Made by a program: the position numbers and the translations under genes. The notes below the pieces were generated by a model. The model had not been told where the DNA came from. It ran no database searches and was given only the letters and a program-made list of their open reading frames with translations. A stretch of 64,000 nucleotides of DNA from Clostridiales bacterium (GTDB lineage: Bacteria > Bacteroidota > Bacteroidia > Bacteroidales > Bacteroidaceae): assembly GCA_963632215.1 (NCBI GenBank), contig CAVGTD010000002.1, positions 23,755-87,754 of the forward strand, given 5' to 3'. Below are positions 19,287 through 29,493 of the stretch, one piece after another (the first letter of the stretch is position 1; each line of letters starts with the position of its first letter).

Positions 19287-21104
19287 TTACATTCGTTCGG
19301 GCATTTCGATGCCGAGAAGCCCCATGCCCAGACGTACCACCTTTGCCACGTTTTGTGAAAGCACGAGGCGGAAGAGCTGCTTGCCCTTGTCCTCCTCGCG
19401 GAGAATGCTGAAGTCGTGGTAGAACTGGTTGTACTCCTTGACAAGCTCGTAGCAATAGTTAGCCACGGCGGCTGGCTGGTATTCGGTGCCGGCCTGACGG
19501 ATGACGGCGGCAAAGTCGGCCACGTGCTGGATGATTTCCTCCTCTTTGGTGGAAATGGCAATGTCCGTAGGAAGTTCCTTAGGCACGGCGATGCCGGCAT
19601 CGGCTGCCTTACGCAGGATGGAACGTATGCGGGCGTAAGTGTACTGGATGAACGGACCCGTGTTGCCGTTGAAGTCGATGCTCTCCTCGGGGTTGAAAAG
19701 CATGTTCTTGCGTGCGTCCACCTTCAAAAGGAAGTATTTCAGCGCGCCCATGCCCACGATGCGGGCCACCTCGTTCTTTTCCTCCTCGCTCATGTCGGTG
19801 CTCTTCTGCGCCTCGTCGATTGTTTGGCGGGCCTGCGCCTTCATTCCCTCTACGAGGTCGTCGGCATCGACAACCGTGCCTTCGCGGCTCTTCATCTTGC
19901 CGTTGGGCAGTTCTACCATGCCGTACGAGAAGTGCACGAGGCTCTTGCCCCATTCAAAGCCCAAGCGGTCGAGCAGAATGGAAAGCACCTGGAAGTGGTA
20001 GTTCTGCTCGTTGCCCACTACGTAAATCATTTTGTTGATGGGGAAGTCCTGGAAACGGAGCTTTGCCGTGCCGATGTCCTGCGTCATGTACACGCTCGTG
20101 CCGTCGGCGCGCAAAAGGAGTTTTTCGTCGAGTCCGTCAGCCGTGAGGTCAGCCCATACAGAGCCGTCGTCCTTGCGGAAGAAAAGTCCCTTCTTCAACC
20201 CTTCCTCTACGGCGGCTTTGCCTACGAGGTAAGTGTCGCTTTCGTAGTAAATCTTGTCGAAGCCCACGCCGAGAGCCTTGTACGTTTCGTCGAAGCCGGC
20301 GTAAACCCACTCGTTCATCTTGCGCCAGAGCGAGCGCACCTCGGGGTCGTTGGCCTCCCACTTCACGAGCATGGCGTGAGCCTCCTTGATGAGCGGAGCC
20401 TCCTTCTCGGCTTTTTCCTTGGCTGCGTCGGCAGCCATGCCCTCAGCCTCGTACTGCGCTTGCAGCTGCTTCACCTCCTCGCGGTAGTGCTTGTCGAAAG
20501 CCACGTAGTAGTCACCGATGAGGTGGTCGCCCTTCTTGCCCGACGACTGCGGCGTTTCGCCGTTGCCGTATTTCAGCCAGGCGAGCATAGACTTGCAGAT
20601 GTGAATGCCGCGGTCGTTGACGATGTTGGTCTTCACCACGCGGTTGCCGTTTGCCTCGATGACGTTGGCAAGAGCCCAGCCGAGCAGGTTGTTGCGCACG
20701 TGGCCCAAGTGGAGCGGCTTGTTGGTGTTGGGCGAAGAATACTCGATCATCACCAGCGGACTGCTCTCCGTGGGAGCGGTGATGCCGAAATGGTCGTCAG
20801 CCTCGATGGAGTTGAGCAACTCAATCCATACCTTCGGGGCGATGACGAGGTTGAGAAAACCCTTCACCACGTTGAAACTGTGCAAGAGGCTGGTGTTCTC
20901 CATGAGCCAAGCGCCGATTTCCTGCGCCGTGTCTTCGGGCTTTTTGCGCGACACACGCAGCAGGGGGAACACCACCAGCGTGAGGTGTCCCTCGAAATCC
21001 TTTTTCGTTTTCTGCAGGCTTACTTGTTCGGGAGTGATATCTTGTGCGTAGACGGCTTTGACAGCTTCAATGACCGACGATTGGAGTTGTTGTTCAATCT
21101 TCAT
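19287..21104 (-). CDS. argS: Arginine--tRNA ligase
   Basis: EYSSPNTNKPLHLGH, KMKSREG, GNTGPFIQYTYAR and C-terminal PERM. Confidence 0.97.
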   Translation of the reverse strand: MKIEQQLQSSVIEAVKAVYAQDITPEQVSLQKTKKDFEGHLTLVVFPLLRVSRKKPEDTAQEIGAWLMENTSLLHSFNVVKGFLNLVIAPKVWIELLNSIEADDHFGITAPTESSPLVMIEYSSPNTNKPLHLGHVRNNLLGWALANVIEANGNRVVKTNIVNDRGIHICKSMLAWLKYGNGETPQSSGKKGDHLIGDYYVAFDKHYREEVKQLQAQYEAEGMAADAAKEKAEKEAPLIKEAHAMLVKWEANDPEVRSLWRKMNEWVYAGFDETYKALGVGFDKIYYESDTYLVGKAAVEEGLKKGLFFRKDDGSVWADLTADGLDEKLLLRADGTSVYMTQDIGTAKLRFQDFPINKMIYVVGNEQNYHFQVLSILLDRLGFEWGKSLVHFSYGMVELPNGKMKSREGTVVDADDLVEGMKAQARQTIDEAQKSTDMSEEEKNEVARIVGMGALKYFLLKVDARKNMLFNPEESIDFNGNTGPFIQYTYARIRSILRKAADAGIAVPKELPTDIAISTKEEEIIQHVADFAAVIRQAGTEYQPAAVANYCYELVKEYNQFYHDFSILREEDKGKQLFRLVLSQNVAKVVRLGMGLLGIEMPERM

Positions 21105-21131
21105 TTTTGTGCTTTATATATTGTATTGCTT

Positions 21132-21150
21132 GCAAAGTTACTAACTTTGC
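21132..21150. promoter_or_regulatory. Palindromic back-to-back -7 boxes for divergent argS/nadA
   Basis: GCAAAGTTA-C-TAACTTTGC gives TAACTTTG on both strands. Confidence 0.65.
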
Positions 21151-21190
21151 GACAAGAACAGGATACATCCATTTATTTTTCAGCAAGAGC

Positions 21191-22177
21191 ATGACAGACA
21201 TCAAAGACAGTTGGAAAGCAAAGGGTTACGTTGATGAACCCGTTGCCGAGGGGCTCGACCTTAAAGCCGAAATCCGCCGTATGTGCAAGGAGAAAAACGC
21301 CATCATTTTGGCGCACTACTACACGGAGGGCGTGCTGCAAGACATTGCCGACTTTGTGGGCGACAGTCTGGGGCTGGCGCAACAGGCGGCCAAGACCGAT
21401 GCCGCAATTATCGTGATGTGCGGCGTGCACTTCATGGGCGAGACCAACAAGATACTCTGTCCCGAGAAGAAAGTGCTCGTGCCCGACCTCAACGCCACCT
21501 GTTCGCTGGCGGAGAGTTGCCCGGCTGACGACTTTGCGGAGTTTGTAAAGGCGCACCCGGGCTATCAGGTGGTGTCGTACGTCAACACTACGGCGGCCGT
21601 GAAGGCACTCACCGACGTGGTGGTGACTTCGAGCAACGCCAAGAAGATAGTGGATACTTTCCCCAAGGACGCAAAACTAATTTTCGGCCCGGACTATAAT
21701 TTGGGCAACTACATCAATTCGCAGACCGGGCGAAGCATGCTCTTGTGGAACGGCGGCTGCCACGTGCACGAACGTTTCTCGGTGGAGAAACTCGTGGAGC
21801 TGAAAAAGGAATATCCGCAGGCAAAGGTGCTTGTGCATCCCGAATGCCGCGGAGCCGTGGTGAAACTCGCCGACGTAGTGGGTTCGACCGCCGCCCTGCT
21901 GAAATACGCCATACAGTCCGAAAGCGACACGTTCCTCGTAGTGACCGAGAGCGGCATTCTCCACGAAATGCAGAAAAACTGCCCCGAGAAGCACTTTATC
22001 CCCGTGCCGCCCGACGACAGCACCTGCGGTTGCAACGAGTGCAACTATATGCGTCTCTGCACCCTCGAAAAGGTGTACAACACGTTGCGCTATGAATGGC
22101 CCGAAATTGAGGTGCCGGCCGAGGTGGCAAAGCGCGCGGTGAAACCCATCGAACGTATGCTCGAACTGAGCAAGTGA
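21191..22177 (+). CDS. nadA: Quinolinate synthase
   Basis: ILAHYY, GDSL, CGVHFMGE, CHVH and VHPEC. Start set at ATG 21191. Confidence 0.95.
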   Translation: MTDIKDSWKAKGYVDEPVAEGLDLKAEIRRMCKEKNAIILAHYYTEGVLQDIADFVGDSLGLAQQAAKTDAAIIVMCGVHFMGETNKILCPEKKVLVPDLNATCSLAESCPADDFAEFVKAHPGYQVVSYVNTTAAVKALTDVVVTSSNAKKIVDTFPKDAKLIFGPDYNLGNYINSQTGRSMLLWNGGCHVHERFSVEKLVELKKEYPQAKVLVHPECRGAVVKLADVVGSTAALLKYAIQSESDTFLVVTESGILHEMQKNCPEKHFIPVPPDDSTCGCNECNYMRLCTLEKVYNTLRYEWPEIEVPAEVAKRAVKPIERMLELSK

Positions 22178-22195
22178 CACGAAACACACTCTCCC

Positions 22196-24001
22196 ATGAC
22201 GATTGACGAACGAGTGGCGGCTCTGCGCGGCTGGCTTGGTGAGCTGGCGCGGCAGGGAACGGCTGTTGATGCCTATATTGTGCCCACAGCCGACCCCCAC
22301 AACGATGAATACATTCCCTCCTATTACATGAGCCGCGAGTGGCTGAGCGGTTTTACCGGCTCGGCGGGCGTGGCTGTCATAACGGCTGACGATGCCCGCT
22401 TGTGGACCGATTCGCGCTACTTCCTGCAAGCCGAAGACGAACTAAAAGGTTCGCCTTTCAGCCTGATGCGTGAGGGCGAAAAGGACGTGCCGGGCGTGGC
22501 GCAATGGCTCAAAAGCGTTGGGGCGAAGAAAGTTGCCGCCCCGTGCGACATGATTACTGTCGGCGCAGCCAAGGACTTAGCGGACAACTGCATTGAGGTG
22601 GTTACAGCTCCCGACGCATTTGATGTCCTTTGGCAAGACCGCCCTGCGCTGCCGAGCGGCGAAATAAGCGTTCACCCCCTGCAATTTGCCGGCGAGAGCG
22701 TGGAAAGCAAACTTACACGCCTTACACAACACCTGCAAACGGAAGGCTGCAAAGAAGGGGCGTACCTTTTCAACGACTTGGCCGATTTGGCGTGGCTCCT
22801 CAACCTGCGCGGCGCGGACATCCCCTACAACCCCGTATTTCTTGCCTATTTCCTCGTTGACCTACGGGGCGACACTTCCTATACACTCTTTACTCATTGC
22901 GAAACCCTCACGCCCGAAGCCGAGTCGCAACTTGAAAAAGCCGGCGTATGCTGTCTGCCCTATGCCGAGATTGCGGATGCGGCAAAAGACCTGGGCAAGC
23001 GATTGCATATCGACCCCGCGCTCGCCACGTTGAGCCTTTGCAACGGCGAAGAGCGGCATTTCAGCTCGCCCATTGCGCAATGGCGTGCGGAGAAGAACCC
23101 TGCTGAGTGCGAGGGCTTCCGACAGGCAATGCTGCGCGACGGCGTGGCACTGGTGAAGTTCCATCGTTGGCTCGACGAGTGTATGGCCCACGGCGAGGAA
23201 GTCACCGAACTTTCCCTCGACGAGAAACTTACCGCCCTGCGTGCCGAGGGCGAAGGCTTCAAGGAACTCAGTTTTGGCACGATAGCCGCCTGCGGCGCGC
23301 ACGGTGCCATTGTGCATTACGAAGCCGACGCAAAGAGCAACGTGCGGCTGCCCCAGCACGGACTGCTGCTGCTCGACAGCGGAGCGCAGTACGATTGTGG
23401 CACGACCGACATCACGCGCACTGTGGCTCTCGGCAATTTGACCGCCGAGGAACGCCGTGTTTACACGCTCGTGTTGAAAGGCCATCTGCGCCTGATGCGA
23501 ATGCACTTCCCCGAAGGCACTACGGGCTTGCAGCTCGACTTGGCCGTGCGCCAGGATATGTGGGCGGCGGGCTACGACTTCGGGCACGGCACGGGGCATG
23601 GCGTGGGAGCGCATCTTTGCGTGCACGAAGGTCCGCACCAGATACGCAAGAACGTGCGCCCGTGTACGCTTGTGCCGTTCCGCGAAGGCATGACCATCAC
23701 CGACGAACCGGGCATATACGTGCCGGGAAAGTTCGGCGTTCGCATAGAGAACACCCTGCTCTGCGTGGCCGACAAGGAGACGGATTTCGGACGATTCCTG
23801 AAATTCGAATCCCTGACACTCTGCCCCTACGACCTGCGTCCCGTAGACCGCTCAATGCTTACCCCCGTCGAAGTGGAGCAGATAAACAATTACCACCTCA
23901 TGGTGCGCCGCCGCCTCATGCCCCTGCTCACCGACGAGGCCGACAAAGTGTGGCTGGCACGCACAACAAGCGCCATTGAGTGGATGACCACCGAATATTA
24001 A
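22196..24001 (+). CDS. Aminopeptidase P family (M24B)
   Basis: SGFTGSAG, WTDSRY, DSGAQYDCGTTDITRT, HGTGHGVG, VHEGP and EPGIY. Confidence 0.92.
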   Translation: MTIDERVAALRGWLGELARQGTAVDAYIVPTADPHNDEYIPSYYMSREWLSGFTGSAGVAVITADDARLWTDSRYFLQAEDELKGSPFSLMREGEKDVPGVAQWLKSVGAKKVAAPCDMITVGAAKDLADNCIEVVTAPDAFDVLWQDRPALPSGEISVHPLQFAGESVESKLTRLTQHLQTEGCKEGAYLFNDLADLAWLLNLRGADIPYNPVFLAYFLVDLRGDTSYTLFTHCETLTPEAESQLEKAGVCCLPYAEIADAAKDLGKRLHIDPALATLSLCNGEERHFSSPIAQWRAEKNPAECEGFRQAMLRDGVALVKFHRWLDECMAHGEEVTELSLDEKLTALRAEGEGFKELSFGTIAACGAHGAIVHYEADAKSNVRLPQHGLLLLDSGAQYDCGTTDITRTVALGNLTAEERRVYTLVLKGHLRLMRMHFPEGTTGLQLDLAVRQDMWAAGYDFGHGTGHGVGAHLCVHEGPHQIRKNVRPCTLVPFREGMTITDEPGIYVPGKFGVRIENTLLCVADKETDFGRFLKFESLTLCPYDLRPVDRSMLTPVEVEQINNYHLMVRRRLMPLLTDEADKVWLARTTSAIEWMTTEY

Positions 24002-24032
24002 GCCGAAACATATACAATATATATACACACGA

Positions 24033-24386
24033 ATGGAAACTACACGACAGCAAAAAATAGCCCGACTCATACAGAAAGAACTCAGCGACATCTTCCAGCG
24101 CCAGACGCAGGGCACGCACGGCGTGCTTGTGTCGGTCAGTGCCGTACGCATCAGTCCCGACCTCAGCATAGCGCGCGGATACCTCAGCATATTTCCCAGT
24201 GAGAAGGCGGCTGACATCCTGAAAAACATCAACGCCAACACGCGCGAAATACGCTACGAACTTGGCACGCGTGTGCGTCATCAGTTGCGCATCATCCCCG
24301 AACTTAAATTCTTCATCGACGACTCGCTCGACTATCTCGACCACATCGATTCGCTGTTGAAAGACACCCAACACTCCGACAAATAA
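24033..24386 (+). CDS. rbfA: 30S ribosome-binding factor A
   Basis: VRISPDLSIA and LRIIPELKFFIDDSL. Confidence 0.95.
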   Translation: METTRQQKIARLIQKELSDIFQRQTQGTHGVLVSVSAVRISPDLSIARGYLSIFPSEKAADILKNINANTREIRYELGTRVRHQLRIIPELKFFIDDSLDYLDHIDSLLKDTQHSDK

Positions 24387-24407
24387 CCGTACTCCCCCGC
24401 ATCGCGT

Positions 24408-25640
24408 ATGTTCCAAGCTCTGCGCTTTCCCCTCTTTGTGGCTCGCCGCTACCTCTTTTCTAAGAAAAAGGTGGGGGCAATCAACATCATCTCGGCCATT
24501 TCGGTGACGGGCGTGGCGTTCTGTACGGCCGCCCTGCTCTGTACGCTGAGCGTGTTCAACGGGTTTCACGACCTCATCGGCACGCTCTACACGGCGTTCG
24601 ACCCTCAAATCGAGGTGGTGCCGACGCAGGGGAAGTTTGCCGCCGAAGAAGACCCTACGTTGGCGAAGATGAAGCAACTGCCCGAAGTAAAGGAAGTGTC
24701 GTACACGTTGGAGGACAACGCCCTGATACTGTTCAGGGGGCATCCCGTGGTAATTACCCTCAAAGGCGTGGACGACAATTTCGACAAGGTGACGGGTATA
24801 CGCTCCATCCTTTACGGCAACGGCACGTACCAGTTGCAGCGGGCCGGCATTGACTACGGCATACCCGGCATAGGTCTTGCCGCCACAATGGGAGGCGTTG
24901 ACTATCAGTCCATCCAAATTTGCGCGCCGCGCAAGGGCGAGAAGGTGAACCTTGCCAATCCCGGCGAGAGTTTCAACGCCGCCGACGTGACTTCGCCCCG
25001 TGTGGTGTTCAACGTCAACCAGCGCAAGTACGACGAGAACTATATGCTTACGTCCCTGCAGTTTGCCCAAAACCTCTTTGAGCAGCCCAACTGCGTGACG
25101 GCCATGGAGGTGAAGTTGGCAGACGGCGCGTCGGTGAGCGGCGTGAAGGAGAAAATGCGTGCCTTAGCCGGCAATCGCTTCAAGGTGCTTGACCAGCTCG
25201 AACAGCAACAGGAAGTGTTCAACGTGATGAACATCGAAAAACTCGTGGCCTACCTTTTCCTCACGTTTATCCTTCTTGTGGCTTGTTTCAATATTATTGG
25301 TTCAGTGTCAATGCTTATTATTGACAAGCGTTCAGACGTGGAAACATTGCGCTGCCTCGGCGCAGACGACCGCACTCTGTTCCGCATATTCCTCTACGAA
25401 GGGCGGTTTATCACCGTCCTTGGCGCATTGATAGGCATTGGCTTGGGCTTGTGCCTTTGCTGGCTGCAGCAGAGCTTTGGACTTATAAAGCTCGGCGGTT
25501 CGAGCAGCAACTTCATCATTGACGCTTACCCCGTGAGCATACACCCCACCGACGTGCTGCTTGTGCTTGTCACAGTGACGGCCGTGGGCTTTTCTGCCGT
25601 ATGGTATCCCGTGAAATACCTCACGAAGCGCTTCCTGTAA
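24408..25640 (+). CDS. LolC/E-FtsX family ABC permease
   Basis: ARRYLFSKK, LSVFNGF, a periplasmic domain and three C-terminal TMs (VACFNIIGS). Confidence 0.85.
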   Translation: MFQALRFPLFVARRYLFSKKKVGAINIISAISVTGVAFCTAALLCTLSVFNGFHDLIGTLYTAFDPQIEVVPTQGKFAAEEDPTLAKMKQLPEVKEVSYTLEDNALILFRGHPVVITLKGVDDNFDKVTGIRSILYGNGTYQLQRAGIDYGIPGIGLAATMGGVDYQSIQICAPRKGEKVNLANPGESFNAADVTSPRVVFNVNQRKYDENYMLTSLQFAQNLFEQPNCVTAMEVKLADGASVSGVKEKMRALAGNRFKVLDQLEQQQEVFNVMNIEKLVAYLFLTFILLVACFNIIGSVSMLIIDKRSDVETLRCLGADDRTLFRIFLYEGRFITVLGALIGIGLGLCLCWLQQSFGLIKLGGSSSNFIIDAYPVSIHPTDVLLVLVTVTAVGFSAVWYPVKYLTKRFL

Positions 25641-25671
25641 ACAAACCGTTGCGTTGCTGTCTCTCTCCCTT

Positions 25672-26376
25672 ATGTCAAAGCAAAAACAGAAATACTACGT
25701 AGTCTGGAAAGGCAGGACCCCCGGCATCTATACCAGTTGGGGCGAATGCAAGGCGCAGGTGCACGGCACCGATGGGGCGGTGTACAAGTCATACCCCTCC
25801 ATGGCAGAAGCGCAACAGGCTTTTCAGTCCGCCCCGCCTTACGGGGGGGCTAAAAAGACGGACGAGGGGGAACGCGGCAAGAACGCGGTAAAGCCCCCCA
25901 AGTACTCCGCCGCCAATCCGGTCAACCCACCCAGTTACCGCCACGACACGGTGCTGCCTCTGCCCCCCGAAGTGCCGGCCGATGCGCTCGCCGTGGATGC
26001 TGCCTGTTCGGGCAATCCCGGGAAAATGGAGTACCGGGCGGTATACCTTGCCACGGGGCAGGAGATATTCCACTTCGGTCCTTGTTTCGGCACGAACAAC
26101 ATCGGCGAGTTCCTTGCCGTGGTGCATGCGCTGGCTCTCCTAAAAAAACGAGGGCGAGTGATGCCAATCTATTCCGACAGCCGCACCGCCCTTTCGTGGG
26201 TGAGGCAGAAACGCTGCAAAACACAATTGGCCCATACCGCCCGCACTGAGGAACTGTTTAAGATTGTGGAACGCGCCGAGCAGTGGCTGCATTCCAACAC
26301 GTACAAAGAGATACCCCTCCGCAAGTGGGAAACAGAACGATGGGGGGAAATACCTGCCGACTTCGGGCGGAAATGA
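25672..26376 (+). CDS. rnhA: Ribonuclease HI with N-terminal hybrid-binding (viroplasmin-like) domain
   Basis: KYYVVWKGRTPGIY, VDAACSGNPG, TNNIGEF, YSDS and WGEIPADFGRK. Confidence 0.92.
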   Translation: MSKQKQKYYVVWKGRTPGIYTSWGECKAQVHGTDGAVYKSYPSMAEAQQAFQSAPPYGGAKKTDEGERGKNAVKPPKYSAANPVNPPSYRHDTVLPLPPEVPADALAVDAACSGNPGKMEYRAVYLATGQEIFHFGPCFGTNNIGEFLAVVHALALLKKRGRVMPIYSDSRTALSWVRQKRCKTQLAHTARTEELFKIVERAEQWLHSNTYKEIPLRKWETERWGEIPADFGRK

Positions 26377-26389
26377 TAAACAACGAACC

Positions 26390-27511
26390 ATGAAACTGAT
26401 ATTTTGCGACAATACCCTCTGGGGACTGGTGAACTTTCGCGGCGAGGTGATGAAGCATTTCGCCCAAAAGGGGCATGAAGTGGTGCTTGTGGCTCCCGAG
26501 AAGGGGGACAAGCAGATGCAGACGAGCATCCCCGAAGGCGTGCGATATATACCGGTGCGCATGAAGCGTACGTCGTTCAACCTCGTGAGCGACTGGAAAT
26601 ACTACCGGCAGATGCGGGCGATATTCAAACGTGAAAAGCCCGACTACGTGTTCAACTACACCATCAAGCCCAACATATACAGCACGATGGCTGCACACAG
26701 CGTAGGCTGCCCGTCTACCGCCATGATGCCCGGCTTGGGGTACATCTTTATTAATAACGGACTGAAATGCCGTATGGCTCGCTCGCTCTACCGTTTTGGT
26801 TTGCGCCATACGCAGCACCTCTTTGTGTTGAACGCGCACAACCGCCAGCTTGCCGTCAGCAACAAGATGTGTCCCGAGGACAAAATAATCCTCCTTGAAG
26901 GCGGCGAGGGCATAAACATAGACCACTTCACGTTTGCCGACAACGACTCCGACCATACCACGTTCCTCTACGTGGGGCGCATCCTTTGGGACAAGGGATA
27001 CGACGAACTCTCGCGAGCCGCACGTATTGTTAAGGAGAAGTATCCCCACGTGAGTGTTGAACTCCTCGGCTCACTCGACCCCTCCTACCCCAACAGCGTG
27101 CCGACGGAGCGTCTGCAGGCTGACGAAAAGGACGAAATCGTAAAATATTTGGGCTTCACCAAGGATATGCAGAGCGTATACCGCCGCAAGGGAATCGTAA
27201 TGCTCATGCCCTCGTACGGCGAAGGCTTCAACCGGGCGCTGATGGAAGCTTGCGGCTGCGGCAAACCCATCATCACCACCGACGTGCAGGGTTGCCGCGA
27301 GTCAGTCGACGACGGACAGAACGGCTATATTGTCCCCGTGCGCAACGCCGACGCACTGGCTGAGGCTATGCTGCGCTATTTGGCTCTGTCGCCCGACGAA
27401 AAGCGGCAAATGTCCGTCAACAGCCGCCACAAAGCCGAAACGCTCTTCGATGTGCGCAACGTGATAACGGTGTACGAAAGCATCCTGCAAAAGGACTTAG
27501 GCGCATGCTGA
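26390..27511 (+). CDS. Glycosyltransferase family 4
   Basis: NFRG, YTIKPNIY, GRILWDKG and PSYGEGFNRALMEA. Start set at ATG 26390. Confidence 0.88.
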   Translation: MKLIFCDNTLWGLVNFRGEVMKHFAQKGHEVVLVAPEKGDKQMQTSIPEGVRYIPVRMKRTSFNLVSDWKYYRQMRAIFKREKPDYVFNYTIKPNIYSTMAAHSVGCPSTAMMPGLGYIFINNGLKCRMARSLYRFGLRHTQHLFVLNAHNRQLAVSNKMCPEDKIILLEGGEGINIDHFTFADNDSDHTTFLYVGRILWDKGYDELSRAARIVKEKYPHVSVELLGSLDPSYPNSVPTERLQADEKDEIVKYLGFTKDMQSVYRRKGIVMLMPSYGEGFNRALMEACGCGKPIITTDVQGCRESVDDGQNGYIVPVRNADALAEAMLRYLALSPDEKRQMSVNSRHKAETLFDVRNVITVYESILQKDLGAC

Positions 27512-27670
27512 TACAAGCCTTTCGCGCAAGGAGATTTAAGTTTTATTGTAAAGAGCGATTACCCGTTTTTGTTTACCTTTGCCCCATGCAGCAACGCACA
27601 TCATACGTCTTTTTCAGAGCGTTGCACGAAAAACACCTATTCAAAACATACGCATAACACAATAAGAAGC

Positions 27671-29371
27671 ATGCAGAGACCACTTTACGTATCGCTTTTG
27701 CTTGCCGGCACATTGGCATTGACCGCTTGCGGCAAGTTGGGCGAATTGACAGCCGATAACTTTTCTGTAAATCCCACGCCGATGGAAACAAACGGCGGAC
27801 AGGTTGCCGTAACCATCAACGGGCGTTTCCCCGAAAAGTACATGAAGAAGAACGCTGTGGTGACAGTGCTTCCTGTATTGCGCTACGGGCAACAGTCTAC
27901 CAACGGACAGCCCGCCACGTTCCAGGGCGAGAAAGTGCAGGGCAACGATCAGGAGATTAGCTACCGCTTGGGCGGCAACTACACGCTCCGCAATACGTTT
28001 ACCTATGTGCCGGCCATGCAAAAGAGCGACCTCTACCTTGTGTTCGACGCGAAGGTGGGTAAGAAAACGGTACAAATTCCCGACGTGAAAGTAGACAACG
28101 GCATCATCGCCACGTCCACGCTTATCCAGAACACAGCCGCCTCCACCGAGGCGCAGATTGCTCCCGATAAGTACCAGTACGCCATCAAGCAGACGAAACA
28201 GGCGCAGATTAAGTATCTCATCAATCAGGCAAACATCCGCAACAGCGAGTTGAAGAGCACCTCTGTGCAGGACTTCGTCAATACGCTCCGCCTCATCAAG
28301 GCAGACCAAAAGGGTTATATGCTCGAAAACGTAGAAGTGTCGGCGTACGCTTCGCCCGAAGGCGGTATGAAGTTGAACACGGCTCTTGCCAAGGACCGCG
28401 AGAAATCGTCCAAGAGCTACGTGGACAAGCAGCTCAAGAGCAACAAACTCGACGTGGACGTTGACTCCAAGTATACGGCTGAGGACTGGGAAGGCTTTCA
28501 GGAGCTTGTGAGCCAGTCCAACATTCAGGACAAGGACATCATCCTCCGCGTGCTTTCCATGTACCAAGACCCCGAAGAGCGCGAAAAGCAAATTCGCAAC
28601 CTCTCCGCCGGCTATAAGGAACTGGCCGACGAGGTGTTGCCCGAATTGCGCCGCGCCCGTCTCACGGTCAACTACAACCTCATTGGCCGCAGCGACGACG
28701 AAATTGAACAGCAGTACAAGGACGATGCCACAAAACTCTCTGTGGAGGAACTCCTCTACGCCGCCACCCTCACCGAAGACGAGCAGAAGCAGAAGGATAT
28801 ATACAGTACAACCGTCAAGCAGAATCCCGACGACTACCGCGCCTACAACAACCTCGCTACGCTTGCCTACAAGGACGGCAACGTGACCGAGGCTAAGTCG
28901 TGGCTCGACAAAGCCGCCGCAAAGAAGAGCGACGCTTCGGAGGTCAACGCCAACAAGGCTCTTGTGGCGTTGAGCGAAGGCAAAACGGCCGAGGCCAAGG
29001 ACTACCTGATGAAGGCTACCGCATCGCCCAACTACAACGAAGTGCTGGGCAACCTGCAAGTGGCAGCCGGCAACTACCAGCAGGCAGCTTCGTGCTTCAA
29101 GGGCATCAACAGCAATTCCGCCGCCTTGGCGCAGCTTCTCAACCACGACTACGCAAGCGCACAGAAGACGCTCAGCAACGTGGCAAGTCCTGACGGCATG
29201 ACGAGTTACCTCAAAGCCATCGTGGCCGCCCGTACCAACAACGACAACGATGCGGTGAAGAATCTCAAAGAGGCCATTGCCAAAGACAGCACGCTCAAGA
29301 CGCGAGCCGCAAACGACCTTGAATTTATCAATCTCTTCAACGATACGGCATTCCAGTCGCTCGTGAAATAA
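27671..29371 (+). CDS. Conserved Bacteroidales lipoprotein with OmpA-like segment and C-terminal TPRs
   Basis: Lipobox LTAC, ASPEGG..LNTALA..R, EDWEGF and TPR-like YRAYNNLA. A -7 box TACCTTTG lies at 27574. Confidence 0.75.
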   Translation: MQRPLYVSLLLAGTLALTACGKLGELTADNFSVNPTPMETNGGQVAVTINGRFPEKYMKKNAVVTVLPVLRYGQQSTNGQPATFQGEKVQGNDQEISYRLGGNYTLRNTFTYVPAMQKSDLYLVFDAKVGKKTVQIPDVKVDNGIIATSTLIQNTAASTEAQIAPDKYQYAIKQTKQAQIKYLINQANIRNSELKSTSVQDFVNTLRLIKADQKGYMLENVEVSAYASPEGGMKLNTALAKDREKSSKSYVDKQLKSNKLDVDVDSKYTAEDWEGFQELVSQSNIQDKDIILRVLSMYQDPEEREKQIRNLSAGYKELADEVLPELRRARLTVNYNLIGRSDDEIEQQYKDDATKLSVEELLYAATLTEDEQKQKDIYSTTVKQNPDDYRAYNNLATLAYKDGNVTEAKSWLDKAAAKKSDASEVNANKALVALSEGKTAEAKDYLMKATASPNYNEVLGNLQVAAGNYQQAASCFKGINSNSAALAQLLNHDYASAQKTLSNVASPDGMTSYLKAIVAARTNNDNDAVKNLKEAIAKDSTLKTRAANDLEFINLFNDTAFQSLVK

Positions 29372-29493
29372 ATGCGTTTCGCCCCTGTACGAAACGGCGA
29401 CGAACAAACTATACCGAACGGGTTGGCGCAGTCAAAATGCGTGTCAACCCGTTTGGGGTACAAAGAACTACCAACCCAAAACTTGTGCAGCCG

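Noticed and set aside
29414..29456. Hairpin between the TPR lipoprotein and the thioredoxin-like gene as a novel RNA
   Set aside because: It is a single imperfect stem, most simply a terminator or mRNA-stabilising hairpin.
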